Origin: a phage
DNA length: 64,000 nt
Sequence record: PZ452598.1
Direction: 5' to 3' (one strand)
Part shown: positions 54,664-64,000 of the stretch, piece by piece
Layout of the letters: each line of letters starts with the position of its first letter
Numbering within the stretch: position 1 is the stretch's first letter
Notes under the pieces: generated by a model
Told to the model about the DNA's origin: nothing
The model's database searches: none
Seen by the model: the letters and a program-made list of their open reading frames with translations, nothing else
Made by a program: the position numbers and the translations under genes

Positions 54664-55688
54664 ATCTTAGCATATTTAGATAGCCGCATTTTAGCCATTA
54701 ACCCCTGGGCAATATTATTTTTCATATATTCCATAATTTGTTCAGGGGTTGCACCTTCCTTTCTAATCATATCATTAACATCTTTTGATTTCCAGGGAGA
54801 TTTATCCCAAAACATAACCCTTTCTCCTGCATCAACTAATTTAGTCATTCGTTTAATAGTGTCAGGGTGACGAGGTTCATTATCTAAGACCCACACACGT
54901 CTATCTTTAAATGGAACAACTTCTAGGTCTAATTGACCGCCCGTAATAGCTATACCATTTTCAATAAAAAGTGAATCTATAGGTCCTTCTAGAACATATA
55001 CATCACCATCTTTAACTCGTTCGACTCCATAGATTTTTGTTGCCTCAGGATAAGCTTTGATGGTGATATATTTTTGAGGAGCATCTTTCTTTAATGCACG
55101 TCCTTGAAAAGACTCAGCTTTTCCATTAGCATTATAAATTGGAATAACAAGACGAGGCTCAGAAATTTCCTTTTTGTATGTTCCCGGTGCTATGCTATTA
55201 ACTAATTTAGGCCATTCGGTTGTAAACCAAAGATATTTCCATTTATCCTTTGGAATACAACGAGCTTTTACGTATTTTATAATTGGATGGTCTTCCGCCA
55301 GTTTATCTAATCTAACACATGACGGAAGAGATTTAATTATTTTCTTCTCGGGTTGTTTAGGAAGTTCTTTAGGTTTTTCTATTGGACGACTTTTACCTTT
55401 TTCTTTTCTTATTTCAAAGATATACTCACGATATAAATCGGGTTCAAACTCCTTTAAATATATTCCGATTGGTGCATGATAGTTACAGTTATAACAATGA
55501 ATATTTCCTTCATTATTATCACCATAATACCATCCACGGGCTTTATTCTGGTCGGTTTTTGAATCTCCACAAACAGGGCATCTAAACCGTAATTTAAAAG
55601 TTGAACTATTATTTACTTGTGTGAATTTAGGTAAATGAGCTAATGCACGGTATGCAAACTCATTATCAATCCAAGGTATTGATGACAT
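54660..55688 (-). CDS. 61: gp61 DNA primase (342 aa)
   Basis: ORF track 342 aa; N-terminal zinc ribbon CPVCGDS...CYNC and TOPRIM. Confidence 0.93.
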   Translation of the reverse strand: MSSIPWIDNEFAYRALAHLPKFTQVNNSSTFKLRFRCPVCGDSKTDQNKARGWYYGDNNEGNIHCYNCNYHAPIGIYLKEFEPDLYREYIFEIRKEKGKSRPIEKPKELPKQPEKKIIKSLPSCVRLDKLAEDHPIIKYVKARCIPKDKWKYLWFTTEWPKLVNSIAPGTYKKEISEPRLVIPIYNANGKAESFQGRALKKDAPQKYITIKAYPEATKIYGVERVKDGDVYVLEGPIDSLFIENGIAITGGQLDLEVVPFKDRRVWVLDNEPRHPDTIKRMTKLVDAGERVMFWDKSPWKSKDVNDMIRKEGATPEQIMEYMKNNIAQGLMAKMRLSKYAKI

Positions 55689-55690
55689 TT

Positions 55691-55855
55691 TTACTCTTCT
55701 TTTTCTTTAGATTCCTCTTTTTTCTTTTTAGGAATCTGTTCAGGACCTTTATTTACTACAGCGCCTGATGTTGTTCCAGTAGAGATATTTTCAGGATTAC
55801 CACCTGAATCTCCAGCGACCATATCTTCTTTGATAAATTCTTTAAATGTTTTCAT
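55691..55855 (-). CDS. small hypothetical protein (54 aa, 61.1 position)
   Basis: hand-translated MKTFKEFIKEDMVAGDSGGNPEN... Confidence 0.4.
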   Translation of the reverse strand: MKTFKEFIKEDMVAGDSGGNPENISTGTTSGAVVNKGPEQIPKKKKEESKEKEE

Positions 55856-55856
55856 A

Positions 55857-56483
55857 TTAACCTCTATTCATAAAAGCATTAAAAATTTGGTCATCAATAG
55901 AAACATTTACTTTAGGCTGTTTTTCAGATGGCAATTCATATCCACATATTACAATTTTATGATCAATATCAAAATACACAGAAGCAATATGATTAATGAT
56001 ATTTTCAGTAAAGTCTAAATCAACATCAATATCTTTTTGACCAAAGCCCAAAGGATAAATAATGCGAGTAATTCGATTATCTTTAACAAAGATTCCACCG
56101 ACATACTCTGTGCTGCGTTTAAAGTCTACACGCCGACGAAATGAAAAATATTCAGGCTCTTTATGAGCTCGGCTCATAGGACACAACGAATAACTAGAAT
56201 AAGAGATGTCAAATCCTACGCCTTCAATATGAACTAAATTGTCATGATTAAACCAATTATAATCATATGCCAAGTCCATTAGATTGTCATATGTGAAAGG
56301 CACCGGATTAACATCATTGGTCACAAGCATATAATTAGCAACTGCTATAATTTCATTATTTTTAACGAATACAAACCGTGATTGATGCGAATGGCCTGGA
56401 CCTGCGTTTTCACGATTAATGATATAACACTGGGCACCTTTATATTTGTACGTGTCTTTACACTTGTGCATTTGATAAAGCAT
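55857..56483 (-). CDS. hypothetical protein (61.2 position)
   Basis: ORF track 208 aa. Confidence 0.5.
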   Translation of the reverse strand: MLYQMHKCKDTYKYKGAQCYIINRENAGPGHSHQSRFVFVKNNEIIAVANYMLVTNDVNPVPFTYDNLMDLAYDYNWFNHDNLVHIEGVGFDISYSSYSLCPMSRAHKEPEYFSFRRRVDFKRSTEYVGGIFVKDNRITRIIYPLGFGQKDIDVDLDFTENIINHIASVYFDIDHKIVICGYELPSEKQPKVNVSIDDQIFNAFMNRG

Positions 56484-56776
56484 TATTCACCTACCACTTC
56501 AGCGATGATATTTTTGTTATTAAAGTTTTTATCGCAATACAGAACATAATTATACTGCATTACACCACCAGACTTAAGCTGTTTTTGCACTTCAGCTTTC
56601 ATTTCAGGACGATCACGCTTAACGATATTCATAATATCTGCTTCAATTTGAGTTTCAACCTCAGTCTGATCCGCAGTCATAGACCATTCGCACAAATCTT
56701 TATCATAACCTGCCATAGCAGGCTGAGCAGCACAAGAAGCTAAAGCAAAAATTGTAGCAAAGATGAATTTTTTCAT
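56483..56776 (-). CDS. sp: Spackle periplasmic superinfection-exclusion protein (97 aa)
   Basis: ORF track 97 aa; signal peptide; size and position match T4 sp (61.3). Confidence 0.65.
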   Translation of the reverse strand: MKKFIFATIFALASCAAQPAMAGYDKDLCEWSMTADQTEVETQIEADIMNIVKRDRPEMKAEVQKQLKSGGVMQYNYVLYCDKNFNNKNIIAEVVGE

Positions 56777-56836
56777 GATAATCTCCTCAGTAGTTTATGT
56801 TTATATAGTATCTCAATTTCCAACAAAAGTAAACAG

Positions 56837-57136
56837 TTATTTTAAAATTTCTGCGTAATCACATGTTACAAACTGTTTCTCTAACTTGACGATTTTACGA
56901 AAGTATCTTTTGCATTGGCGAATCTGCCTCTTCGTAGGGCGAACAGCAAACTTAATAAATTCCACTCGACCAAATGGAGGGCTTTCTTCTGCTGGAATAT
57001 CTAACACCAATTCCCACGTATCTGCAATAAGTGCTTTGAATTGCGTATTTTTCCTGACGTTATACGGAGTAGGTTTAAATAAAACAATATGCATATTATC
57101 CTCGGCAATCCACTTCACATACTTTCTTGTCATCAA
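56837..57136 (-). CDS. hypothetical protein (61.4 position)
   Basis: ORF track 99 aa. Confidence 0.5.
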   Translation of the reverse strand: MMTRKYVKWIAEDNMHIVLFKPTPYNVRKNTQFKALIADTWELVLDIPAEESPPFGRVEFIKFAVRPTKRQIRQCKRYFRKIVKLEKQFVTCDYAEILK

Positions 57137-57278
57137 TGAAAGCTTTAACTAATGCTTTATTAACTTCAGCATATTGAGTAGTAGCCCATTGAACGTCATC
57201 TTTCATCATTGTGATTTCTTTAGTAAACATGCTTTCATTCTTAAACCACCCCATAAAAACTACCTTTACCAATTCCAT
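57096..57278 (-). CDS. dmd: Dmd antitoxin / discriminator of mRNA degradation (60 aa)
   Basis: ORF track 60 aa; immediately upstream of gene 41 as T4 61.5. Confidence 0.65.
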   Translation of the reverse strand: MELVKVVFMGWFKNESMFTKEITMMKDDVQWATTQYAEVNKALVKAFIDDKKVCEVDCRG

Positions 57279-57336
57279 AACAATCTCCTCATTTAACCGA
57301 CAAGACTACTATACCATAGTCTTGTCAGCTTGTAAA

Positions 57337-58764
57337 CTAAAATTTTAATTCATTCGCCAAAGCATCTAACTGAGCTCGAGTCGATTCATTTCTTTGATAG
57401 CGATTCTGCTCAGCCTGAATCTGTTGTGAACCTGCTACTTCGTTCACTTCAGTTGGAGTAGAATCTTGTTCAATTTCTACCCATTTTTGATTTCCTTTTT
57501 GAACACCCATCAAAAACTTATTCCACTTATTCTTATCACCATATCGTGATTTGATTTGCTTAATGAGTTGTTGTTCAGCAGCTGCTAGCTCCTCGGTTTC
57601 AATGACCGCAAGCATAAAATCGGCTGTTGCTGGAAGACCGGCAGATTCTGCAATATCGCTCATGTTAACATCGGAAGAGTCCCAAGCTTGTTTACCAACC
57701 TGTGCTGCAGTCCAAAGAACAGTTTCGGTTTCAACAGCCAGAGCACGTAATTCCTCTGCAATAGCTTTAACAGTTGTGTAACTATTTTCTGAATAAACTC
57801 TAATGCGGCAAGATTTACAAATACCTAGATAGTCGACAATAATGATTGTTGGAACAAAATTCTTCTTGAGCTTCAATTCGTTTAAAAGTGATCGAAATGT
57901 ATTAGCGTCTGCTCCACCAGTAGGATACTGTTTAACGATTAAACGACCAAGAGTAGATTTCTCACGCCATTTTTCCATTTTTCCTTTATACTCAGCGTAA
58001 GAAATATGCCCATCATCAATGTCATCAAGAGAAACATCAAGCATATTAGCGTCAATACGTTTAGCACAGACTTCTTCTGCCATTTCCATGGAAATGTAAA
58101 GAACATTATGTCCGAGCTGTAAATAATCTGCCGCTAATGAACACAATCCTAATGATTTACCAACGTTAACGCCAGCCATTAAAACGTTCAGTGTTCCAGT
58201 TTCAGCTCCGCCTTTCGTAATTTTGTTCAGAATTCTGAGTTTAAATGGAACCTTACGAGCTTTATTCATATAAGATAGCCAACGTGCTTCGTAGTCATCC
58301 ATCCAATCATGACCAACGTAACTATCAAATGAAATTGATAATGCCTGGCGCATGATGTCAGGAATAGCACCAACATCCGGCATTTTCTTATTTCGTTTTT
58401 CCGGAGGAAGCTCAGCATTAGTTTGAATTTCGATTATTTTAGACGTAGCATTAAACATCGCCCTTTGCTGAACATATTTTTCTGTTTCTTTTACTAACCA
58501 GCTGTGGTCTTCCGGAGAATCAGCCAGTTTTGAAATAAGTGTTTTTACACCAGAATATTCTGTTTCAGTAAATGAACTATTTTCTAATGCAACATTTAAC
58601 GCATTAATAGATGGAACGCTATGGTACTCATTAACATGAGATTTAATTAATTTGAATGTATTTTTAGCTGGACCACTTTCAAAATATTCTGAATCCATAT
58701 ATGGCCAAACTTTTGAAAAATAAGCTTGATCAAATATGAGATGAGAAAGAATAATTTCTACCAC
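57337..58764 (-). CDS. 41: gp41 replicative DNA helicase (475 aa)
   Basis: ORF track 475 aa; DnaB-like with Walker A GVNVGKS. Confidence 0.95.
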   Translation of the reverse strand: MVEIILSHLIFDQAYFSKVWPYMDSEYFESGPAKNTFKLIKSHVNEYHSVPSINALNVALENSSFTETEYSGVKTLISKLADSPEDHSWLVKETEKYVQQRAMFNATSKIIEIQTNAELPPEKRNKKMPDVGAIPDIMRQALSISFDSYVGHDWMDDYEARWLSYMNKARKVPFKLRILNKITKGGAETGTLNVLMAGVNVGKSLGLCSLAADYLQLGHNVLYISMEMAEEVCAKRIDANMLDVSLDDIDDGHISYAEYKGKMEKWREKSTLGRLIVKQYPTGGADANTFRSLLNELKLKKNFVPTIIIVDYLGICKSCRIRVYSENSYTTVKAIAEELRALAVETETVLWTAAQVGKQAWDSSDVNMSDIAESAGLPATADFMLAVIETEELAAAEQQLIKQIKSRYGDKNKWNKFLMGVQKGNQKWVEIEQDSTPTEVNEVAGSQQIQAEQNRYQRNESTRAQLDALANELKF

Positions 58765-58773
58765 ACTTACTCC

Positions 58774-59136
58774 TTAAAAGAATTTAAATTTTTTCTTTGA
58801 CCTTTTATTAAATGCATCTTGCAGTTGCATTGTAATACATTTTTCTACATGAGGAGCTAACTCAGCTTTTCTTTCTTGGTCAAGAACAGCAAAGTCCATT
58901 ACAACCTTTCCATCAACCCAATCCAGTTTAGTTACATACACTATATGCGTAGAACCATCTTCTAGTTTAATGACAATCTCCTGGATAACATTTTCCATAG
59001 CAGATTTAATTATCTTAAGAGACTCATTAAAAAGACGTTCTTTTCTTTCTTCTTCCCCCTCCGAAGAGGGGGATTCATCGATAATTTCTAGATCTAAATC
59101 TAAATCATCTTTATTCATTAAATTCTTCCATATCAC
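58774..59136 (-). CDS. 40: gp40 head-assembly accessory protein
   Basis: ORF track 120 aa; between uvsX and 41; true start may be an internal Met after uvsX stop. Confidence 0.55.
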   Translation of the reverse strand: MIWKNLMNKDDLDLDLEIIDESPSSEGEEERKERLFNESLKIIKSAMENVIQEIVIKLEDGSTHIVYVTKLDWVDGKVVMDFAVLDQERKAELAPHVEKCITMQLQDAFNKRSKKKFKFF

Positions 59137-60286
59137 TTAGCTGTTCGAGGTCAGTTTCTAAATCAGCAGCTGATTTACTTTTACTTTCTGGAGATTTAAA
59201 TTTTTCAACCTTTGAGTTAATCAATTCATCAACTTCAGCTTCAACAATTTCATTACTATCAATAGCACCTAACTGATAAGCACGTTTAATAGCATCTCGG
59301 AATGGTTGATGCTTAAATAAAGGACCCCAGAATGTAGTGCAGTTGGTATCTTTTGCACGCCAAGATTTTTCTTCGCGAATCATCTCGCCAGTTTCTTCGT
59401 CAAGAAATTCACGAGCATACCAGCCATTTTTAGGTTTTACCACGAATCCTAATTCTAGAGCCATATCTAACAATCCAGAATAAGGATCGATACCACCGTC
59501 AAATTTAACATCAATAAAGAATTTACTTTTTTCTTTAACGGTACGAGATTTTTCTACATTTAGAACAAATTGATACCCCTGAAGATCAGAACCATCTTTA
59601 ATCTGGCGTTTACCGATAATGAATACGGTATCAGCCGAATACATCGGTCCAGTACCACCTCCCATAACTGTTTTACTAAACATTTCTTGTGTTTCGTATG
59701 TATGGTTAATAGCAATACATGGAATATTTTTAGTACTAAAATAGGGAGTTACGATACGAAATAAGCTTTTCATTGTTTTAGCTCTAGTCATATCACTAAC
59801 AACTTTTTCATTTAAAGCATCTTCAGTTTCTTTCTTAGAAGCTAAGTTACCAAGTGAATCGATAAAAACGACTACCTTTTCGCCGCGTTCAATTGCATCC
59901 AATTGATTAACCATGTCAATACGTAATTGCTCAAGTGATTGAACCGGAGTATGAATTACTCGTTCTGGATCGACTCCCATAGACCGCAAATAAGCAGGAG
60001 TAATACCAAATTCACTATCATAAAACAAACATACTGCATCAGGATATTGACGCATGTAAGATGACACCATTGTTAATCCAAAGTTTGATTTAAATGATTT
60101 TGATGGACCTGCCAAAATTAACAGACCAGATTGCATACCACCAGTAATTTCACCAGAAAGTGCAATATTCATCATAGGAATTTTTGTTCGAACTACATCT
60201 TTTTCATTAAAGAATTTAGATGCTGTTAATTCTGCAGTCAATTTAGAAGTAGAAGCTTTAATCAAACGAGATTTTAAATCAGACAT
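59111..60286 (-). CDS. uvsX: UvsX RecA-like recombinase (391 aa)
   Basis: ORF track 391 aa; Walker A GPSKSFKS. Confidence 0.95.
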   Translation of the reverse strand: MSDLKSRLIKASTSKLTAELTASKFFNEKDVVRTKIPMMNIALSGEITGGMQSGLLILAGPSKSFKSNFGLTMVSSYMRQYPDAVCLFYDSEFGITPAYLRSMGVDPERVIHTPVQSLEQLRIDMVNQLDAIERGEKVVVFIDSLGNLASKKETEDALNEKVVSDMTRAKTMKSLFRIVTPYFSTKNIPCIAINHTYETQEMFSKTVMGGGTGPMYSADTVFIIGKRQIKDGSDLQGYQFVLNVEKSRTVKEKSKFFIDVKFDGGIDPYSGLLDMALELGFVVKPKNGWYAREFLDEETGEMIREEKSWRAKDTNCTTFWGPLFKHQPFRDAIKRAYQLGAIDSNEIVEAEVDELINSKVEKFKSPESKSKSAADLETDLEQLSDMEEFNE

Positions 60287-60294
60287 ATAATACC

Positions 60295-60960
60295 TTATAG
60301 TAGTGTTCTTGTTCCACGAAATACTTCGAGCATTCTTGCATAAGATTTATTTGGAAATCCAGCTTCAATTGCTAATTTTTTAAGCTTAATAGCACCGGGT
60401 TTTCCAGAGTTTTCCCATATTTCTTTAATCTTTTCAATGTTATCCCACATTATTGGGTCACGTTTATGTGATGGTTTATTTCTATTATAACCATATGGAT
60501 TATTAAGCAAAGCTTCTTTTCGTTTTGCTTTAGTTTCTTCTGACTGCTTTTTGCCTAGCTGGGCTTTCCGGCAAACATCACTAAATCCAAGATGTTTTGG
60601 TTTTCCTTTTTGAGCTTTTGAAATTTTTTCTTTGGTTTCTGATGAAACTCTATAACCAATTCTTCTACGACCCTCTCCACCAATTTTTAAATTATAAGTC
60701 ATAGGATCATTTACCACATCTATTGTTACTAATTCTCTTTCAGCATCACGGGCTGATTTAAAATCTTTATAAAACCCAAGAATGCTTAAATTAAAATTTT
60801 TCTTACCATACTTTTTCTTGGCTTGTGCTAATAAAGTTCCTGATCCCATATAACCATCATTTAAATCATCGGTTGAATGAGTTCCATAGTAAATTTTATT
60901 ATTAACTAAATTAGTTATAACATAAGTATAATTATATTTCTTTTCTTTATGTCTTTTCAT
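60295..60960 (-). CDS. segA: SegA GIY-YIG homing endonuclease (221 aa)
   Basis: ORF track 225 aa trimmed to MKRHKEKKYNYTYVITN...; GIY-YIG motif. Confidence 0.78.
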   Translation of the reverse strand: MKRHKEKKYNYTYVITNLVNNKIYYGTHSTDDLNDGYMGSGTLLAQAKKKYGKKNFNLSILGFYKDFKSARDAERELVTIDVVNDPMTYNLKIGGEGRRRIGYRVSSETKEKISKAQKGKPKHLGFSDVCRKAQLGKKQSEETKAKRKEALLNNPYGYNRNKPSHKRDPIMWDNIEKIKEIWENSGKPGAIKLKKLAIEAGFPNKSYARMLEVFRGTRTLL

Positions 60961-61124
60961 GTCATTAATCAACTGCTATTCGATGAACTTCTCTCTTTTC
61001 TAATCAATATAACAAAAGAAGTCCCAAAAAGCAAACAGACCTAAACCGATAATAAGCAATAAAGGTCCTAACATTTATTCCACCGGTTAAAGATAAATAA
61101 CTTTCTAATAATAGTTCATAATTT

Positions 61125-62180
61125 TTATAAATCAATAGCTTTTTTGAACGCATCTTGCCATTCGGCTTTCTTTGCACGGGTTTTATTTAAAATATCATGT
61201 TGAATAGAAAGCATCTCTTTACGCAAAACATCACTGTGTTTTAACTCATTGACTCTATCAATGAGTTCAGCACGATTATTTACATAAAAACGAGCATCAT
61301 TAATAATTCGATGTTTGGTATCAAATTCTTCGTCAATTAGCATCACTGCATCAGATGCCATTGTTTCCCAGACGCGTAAGGTAATAAAGTTGTCATTATA
61401 ATTCTTGTCACCAATAATTAATGCAGCAATAGCTTGACTATTCTTTTCAGATACCATGTTCATAGGAATTTTTCCAGTGAACACCGGAGCTTTGGTCCAA
61501 GGATATTTAGGATTTTTAAACTGTTTTTCTCGTGCATTGCCAAAAAACTCAATATTTAAACCGGTGTCAAATAAGAATTCTACCATCTTGGATTCGCGTT
61601 GACCGGACCGAAATGAACCGCCATAAATAACATCCAAAGTTTTCTTGGTAGGCTTAGATAATTGAAAATCGTTCATATGAATTTTATATTGTTCAATAGG
61701 AAAATATTCAAATTCAATAACATTATCAACTTTCTTATGCGCAGCCTTAGCAATGTCTAAATTTATACCTTGGGAAATCACTTTAATTGGTGATTTAATT
61801 AATAGCTCTTCTTCAGTGTACAAATATGCCCATGGTCTATTTTTAACATTTGGCCAAGACTGCGAAAACGGCAAACGTATATCTGTAAATAAATAATAAA
61901 TTTTACTTTTGTATTTTGCCATAAATTTTTGCGCAGATAAAATTGCTAAATTAGGTTTACCGCCAAAAAAGTTAATAGAAGAATTAACAACTATCAAACG
62001 GTCATAATCATTAACATCTACTTCATCAAAAGATTTAGTGTAAACACCATTTTTAAGAGAAATAATGTCGACATTAAGACCCATTTCAGAAATAACTTTA
62101 AAAAGATAAATAGTTTCAGAAGATGGAACAGTTTTAAAATTAATAACATTATTACCCATATTAATTATAGCAATTTTCAT
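61125..62180 (-). CDS. bgt: DNA beta-glucosyltransferase (351 aa)
   Basis: ORF track 351 aa; recognised N-terminus MKIAIINMGNNVINFKT. Confidence 0.9.
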   Translation of the reverse strand: MKIAIINMGNNVINFKTVPSSETIYLFKVISEMGLNVDIISLKNGVYTKSFDEVDVNDYDRLIVVNSSINFFGGKPNLAILSAQKFMAKYKSKIYYLFTDIRLPFSQSWPNVKNRPWAYLYTEEELLIKSPIKVISQGINLDIAKAAHKKVDNVIEFEYFPIEQYKIHMNDFQLSKPTKKTLDVIYGGSFRSGQRESKMVEFLFDTGLNIEFFGNAREKQFKNPKYPWTKAPVFTGKIPMNMVSEKNSQAIAALIIGDKNYNDNFITLRVWETMASDAVMLIDEEFDTKHRIINDARFYVNNRAELIDRVNELKHSDVLRKEMLSIQHDILNKTRAKKAEWQDAFKKAIDL

Positions 62181-62203
62181 ATTATTCCTTTTATGTTAAA
62201 CGA

Positions 62204-62944
62204 TTAAGCGTATTTTCCTACATAATCTTTTTTCGAAATATGTGTTTCGCCAGTTTTCCACCAATGATCAACCAAATAAAAATGACGAGAATACACATGT
62301 AGGCTTCCAACATTCCATATAATGGAACCTGCTTTATACTGGCGAGTTGAATCACCTGCATTCAAATCAGATACTAATTTATCTAATACGTATTTTTGCC
62401 ATGCATAATCATTACGGAATCCGAAGACCACGTCATTTGAGCGCATGTTAACAACCGCATTGATTTTCTTGTCACGAATCAGGTATTGTACTGTATTCGT
62501 GCACATGAAATCTGACATACCATCTTTATTATAGTCAAACTGCATAGATGGACGAGTATAAATCATGATACCACGTCGAGAATCAGGATTTTGACCAAGT
62601 TCAGCTAAACACATGTCATACTGAGCATAGTTATCTTCTGACCAGATAGCCCAACCATAATTCGAGTTAATTTCACCTTTAGAAGATGCTACTTGTTGCC
62701 AAATCTTCGGTGTTTCACCCGGAATATCTTTAACGAACAAGCTTTTAGATTTATACCATTCAAGTTCACGCTGAATGTATTCATCATTAAGAGCGCCAAA
62801 AATAAACGGTTCATCTGCTACAAATGATGCGCCAATAATTTCAATAGTTTTAACACCTGTTTTATCAACTACGAAATCTTTTTCTTTTAATGCAAGCCCC
62901 AAATGAAGACGGATTTCTTCAACTGTCATAGAGTCACTAATCAT
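62204..62944 (-). CDS. 42: gp42 dCMP hydroxymethylase (246 aa)
   Basis: ORF track 246 aa; thymidylate-synthase-like fold. Confidence 0.92.
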   Translation of the reverse strand: MISDSMTVEEIRLHLGLALKEKDFVVDKTGVKTIEIIGASFVADEPFIFGALNDEYIQRELEWYKSKSLFVKDIPGETPKIWQQVASSKGEINSNYGWAIWSEDNYAQYDMCLAELGQNPDSRRGIMIYTRPSMQFDYNKDGMSDFMCTNTVQYLIRDKKINAVVNMRSNDVVFGFRNDYAWQKYVLDKLVSDLNAGDSTRQYKAGSIIWNVGSLHVYSRHFYLVDHWWKTGETHISKKDYVGKYA

Positions 62945-62951
62945 TTAAACC

Positions 62952-63101
62952 TCAATTGATACATTCATATTTAACTTGTAACAGTAATAAACTCCAACCT
63001 AAAATAATAGTTGGAATCATAAGAGGAACCGTTACACTATAGTATATACTTATTATAATCATCAAGATTAAAAGCAATGCTGCTATAATTTTGCTTTTCA
63101 T
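62952..63101 (-). CDS. small membrane protein (49 aa) between imm and 42
   Basis: hand-translated MKSKIIAALLLILMIIISIYY...; ATG overlaps imm stop. Confidence 0.4.
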   Translation of the reverse strand: MKSKIIAALLLILMIIISIYYSVTVPLMIPTIILGWSLLLLQVKYECIN

Positions 63102-63349
63102 TCCTTCTCTCTGATGATAATTACCTGATTTGGCTGCGCAGACTTTTTAGTTTCACCTGCAATTGACCAAATAAATGTAATAAACCAACCAATAATTGAC
63201 CAGTTAAACAGTAAAGATGCGAAAAAGATTCCTACTGTCGATTTTGACCCACGCATCAAGGCGATAAACCATGGAAGCATGTATATAATAATAGCCAACA
63301 CGCCTGAAACTAAAACCATAAAAATTGAACCTGCTACTAAAGTTTCCAT
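63098..63349 (-). CDS. imm: Imm superinfection immunity membrane protein (83 aa)
   Basis: ORF track 83 aa; two transmembrane helices. Confidence 0.8.
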   Translation of the reverse strand: METLVAGSIFMVLVSGVLAIIIYMLPWFIALMRGSKSTVGIFFASLLFNWSIIGWFITFIWSIAGETKKSAQPNQVIIIREKE

Positions 63350-63356
63350 GTTTTCC

Positions 63357-63737
63357 TCACTTAGTCAAATTTTTTACACATGAATTATAAGAATTCACTA
63401 CATACTCCATCGGAGCGTTTTTACCTGTACGCCACTGGTAATTATTAGCCCAATTTGCCCAAAGCTCAGCGCAGTAGTTTTCAATTTTTTCTTCGCGTGT
63501 AATTACATCTGAATTACGATATGCTTGAGCAGATTCATCTGGACGAATAGCTTCGTCAAAATTCGCCTGCATTTGTTCTACTGTCTGTTTTGGAGCTTCT
63601 TTATAACACTTGACATTAGGATTATAAAATTTGCTTGAACAGTTTACAATTTTTCCTACATCAGACTGATTTACTACCGGTCCTTGAGCTACACAACCAG
63701 CAAGACCTAATGCAATAACCAAAATAGCGATTTTCAT
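63357..63737 (-). CDS. hypothetical lipoprotein (imm.1 position)
   Basis: ORF track 130 aa trimmed to MKIAILVIALGLAGC (lipobox). Confidence 0.55.
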   Translation of the reverse strand: MKIAILVIALGLAGCVAQGPVVNQSDVGKIVNCSSKFYNPNVKCYKEAPKQTVEQMQANFDEAIRPDESAQAYRNSDVITREEKIENYCAELWANWANNYQWRTGKNAPMEYVVNSYNSCVKNLTK

Positions 63738-63774
63738 TTCATTCTCCAAATCCGTATCAGTAGTTGATAGTTGT

Positions 63775-63804
63775 ATAGTACCATGGAAGAACAGTCTTGT
63801 AAAC
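63775..63804 (-). promoter_or_regulatory. early promoter-like element
   Basis: member of repeated promoter-leader cassette. Confidence 0.5.
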
Positions 63805-63892
63805 AGTTTTGTGAAAAAATTTTTAGGGAATCCAAAGGGTCCAGAATCATCTCTTTTTCATAAGTATAGATTTATATTACTTGTATGAAAAA

Positions 63893-63908
63893 GGGACCTG
63901 GAGGTCCC
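63893..63908 (-). terminator. rho-independent terminator after gene 43
   Basis: hairpin GGGACC-UCCA-GGUCCC then UUUUU on minus strand. Confidence 0.55.
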
Positions 63909-63921
63909 TAGATTTATTCTA

Positions 63922-64000
63922 TCAGCCAAACAGGAAGTCTAACGAAGCTTTTTCTTCATAGTCCATGCCAGCCGATTCACACATACCCGCAAGCGGTTTA
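63922..64000 (-). CDS. 43: 3' end of DNA polymerase gene 43 (C-terminus ...SLDFLFG)
   Basis: minus-strand frame open to window edge, stop TGA at 63924..63922; partial, not in ORF track. Confidence 0.55.
   Translation of the reverse strand, partial: KPLAGMCESAGMDYEEKASLDFLFG

Overview
This 64-kb window is, as far as I can tell from gene order, protein lengths and several diagnostic sequences, a segment of bacteriophage T4 or a near-identical T4-type Escherichia phage (Tevenvirinae); it is not a novel system. Identifications rest on my recollection of T4, not on any database search. Gene order: rIII–31–cd–pseT–alc–rnlA(63)–denA–nrdB (group I intron)–mobE–nrdA–td (group I intron with I-TevI)–frd–32–segG–59–33–dsbA–rnh on the minus strand; long-tail-fibre genes 34–35–36–37–38 and holin t on the plus strand; then on the minus strand asiA–arn–motA–52–ac–stp–ndd–denB, a shortened rII locus, 60 (50-nt translational bypass)–mobA–39, motB–dexA–dda–srd–modA–modB–soc–segF–56–dam–61–sp–dmd–41–40–uvsX–segA–bgt–42–imm and the 3' end of 43. 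The one clear departure from canonical T4 is a single 475-codon rIIA–rIIB in-frame fusion ORF where two genes totalling about 3.1 kb are expected, implying a roughly 1.7-kb deletion. Other notable structures seen directly: the gene 60 bypass element, two self-splicing introns with exact T4 lengths, eight homing-endonuclease genes, a repeated early-promoter/leader cassette, C(UUCG)G hairpins at terminators and ribosome-binding sites, the gene 32 autoregulatory leader, and a His-rich tip in gp37. No tRNA, rRNA or CRISPR array was seen. Many small ORFs (cd.x, pseT.x, frd.x, ndd.x, modB–soc interval, 61.x) have no function I can assign. Promoter, terminator and sub-60-aa ORF coordinates are hand-derived and should be treated as approximate.
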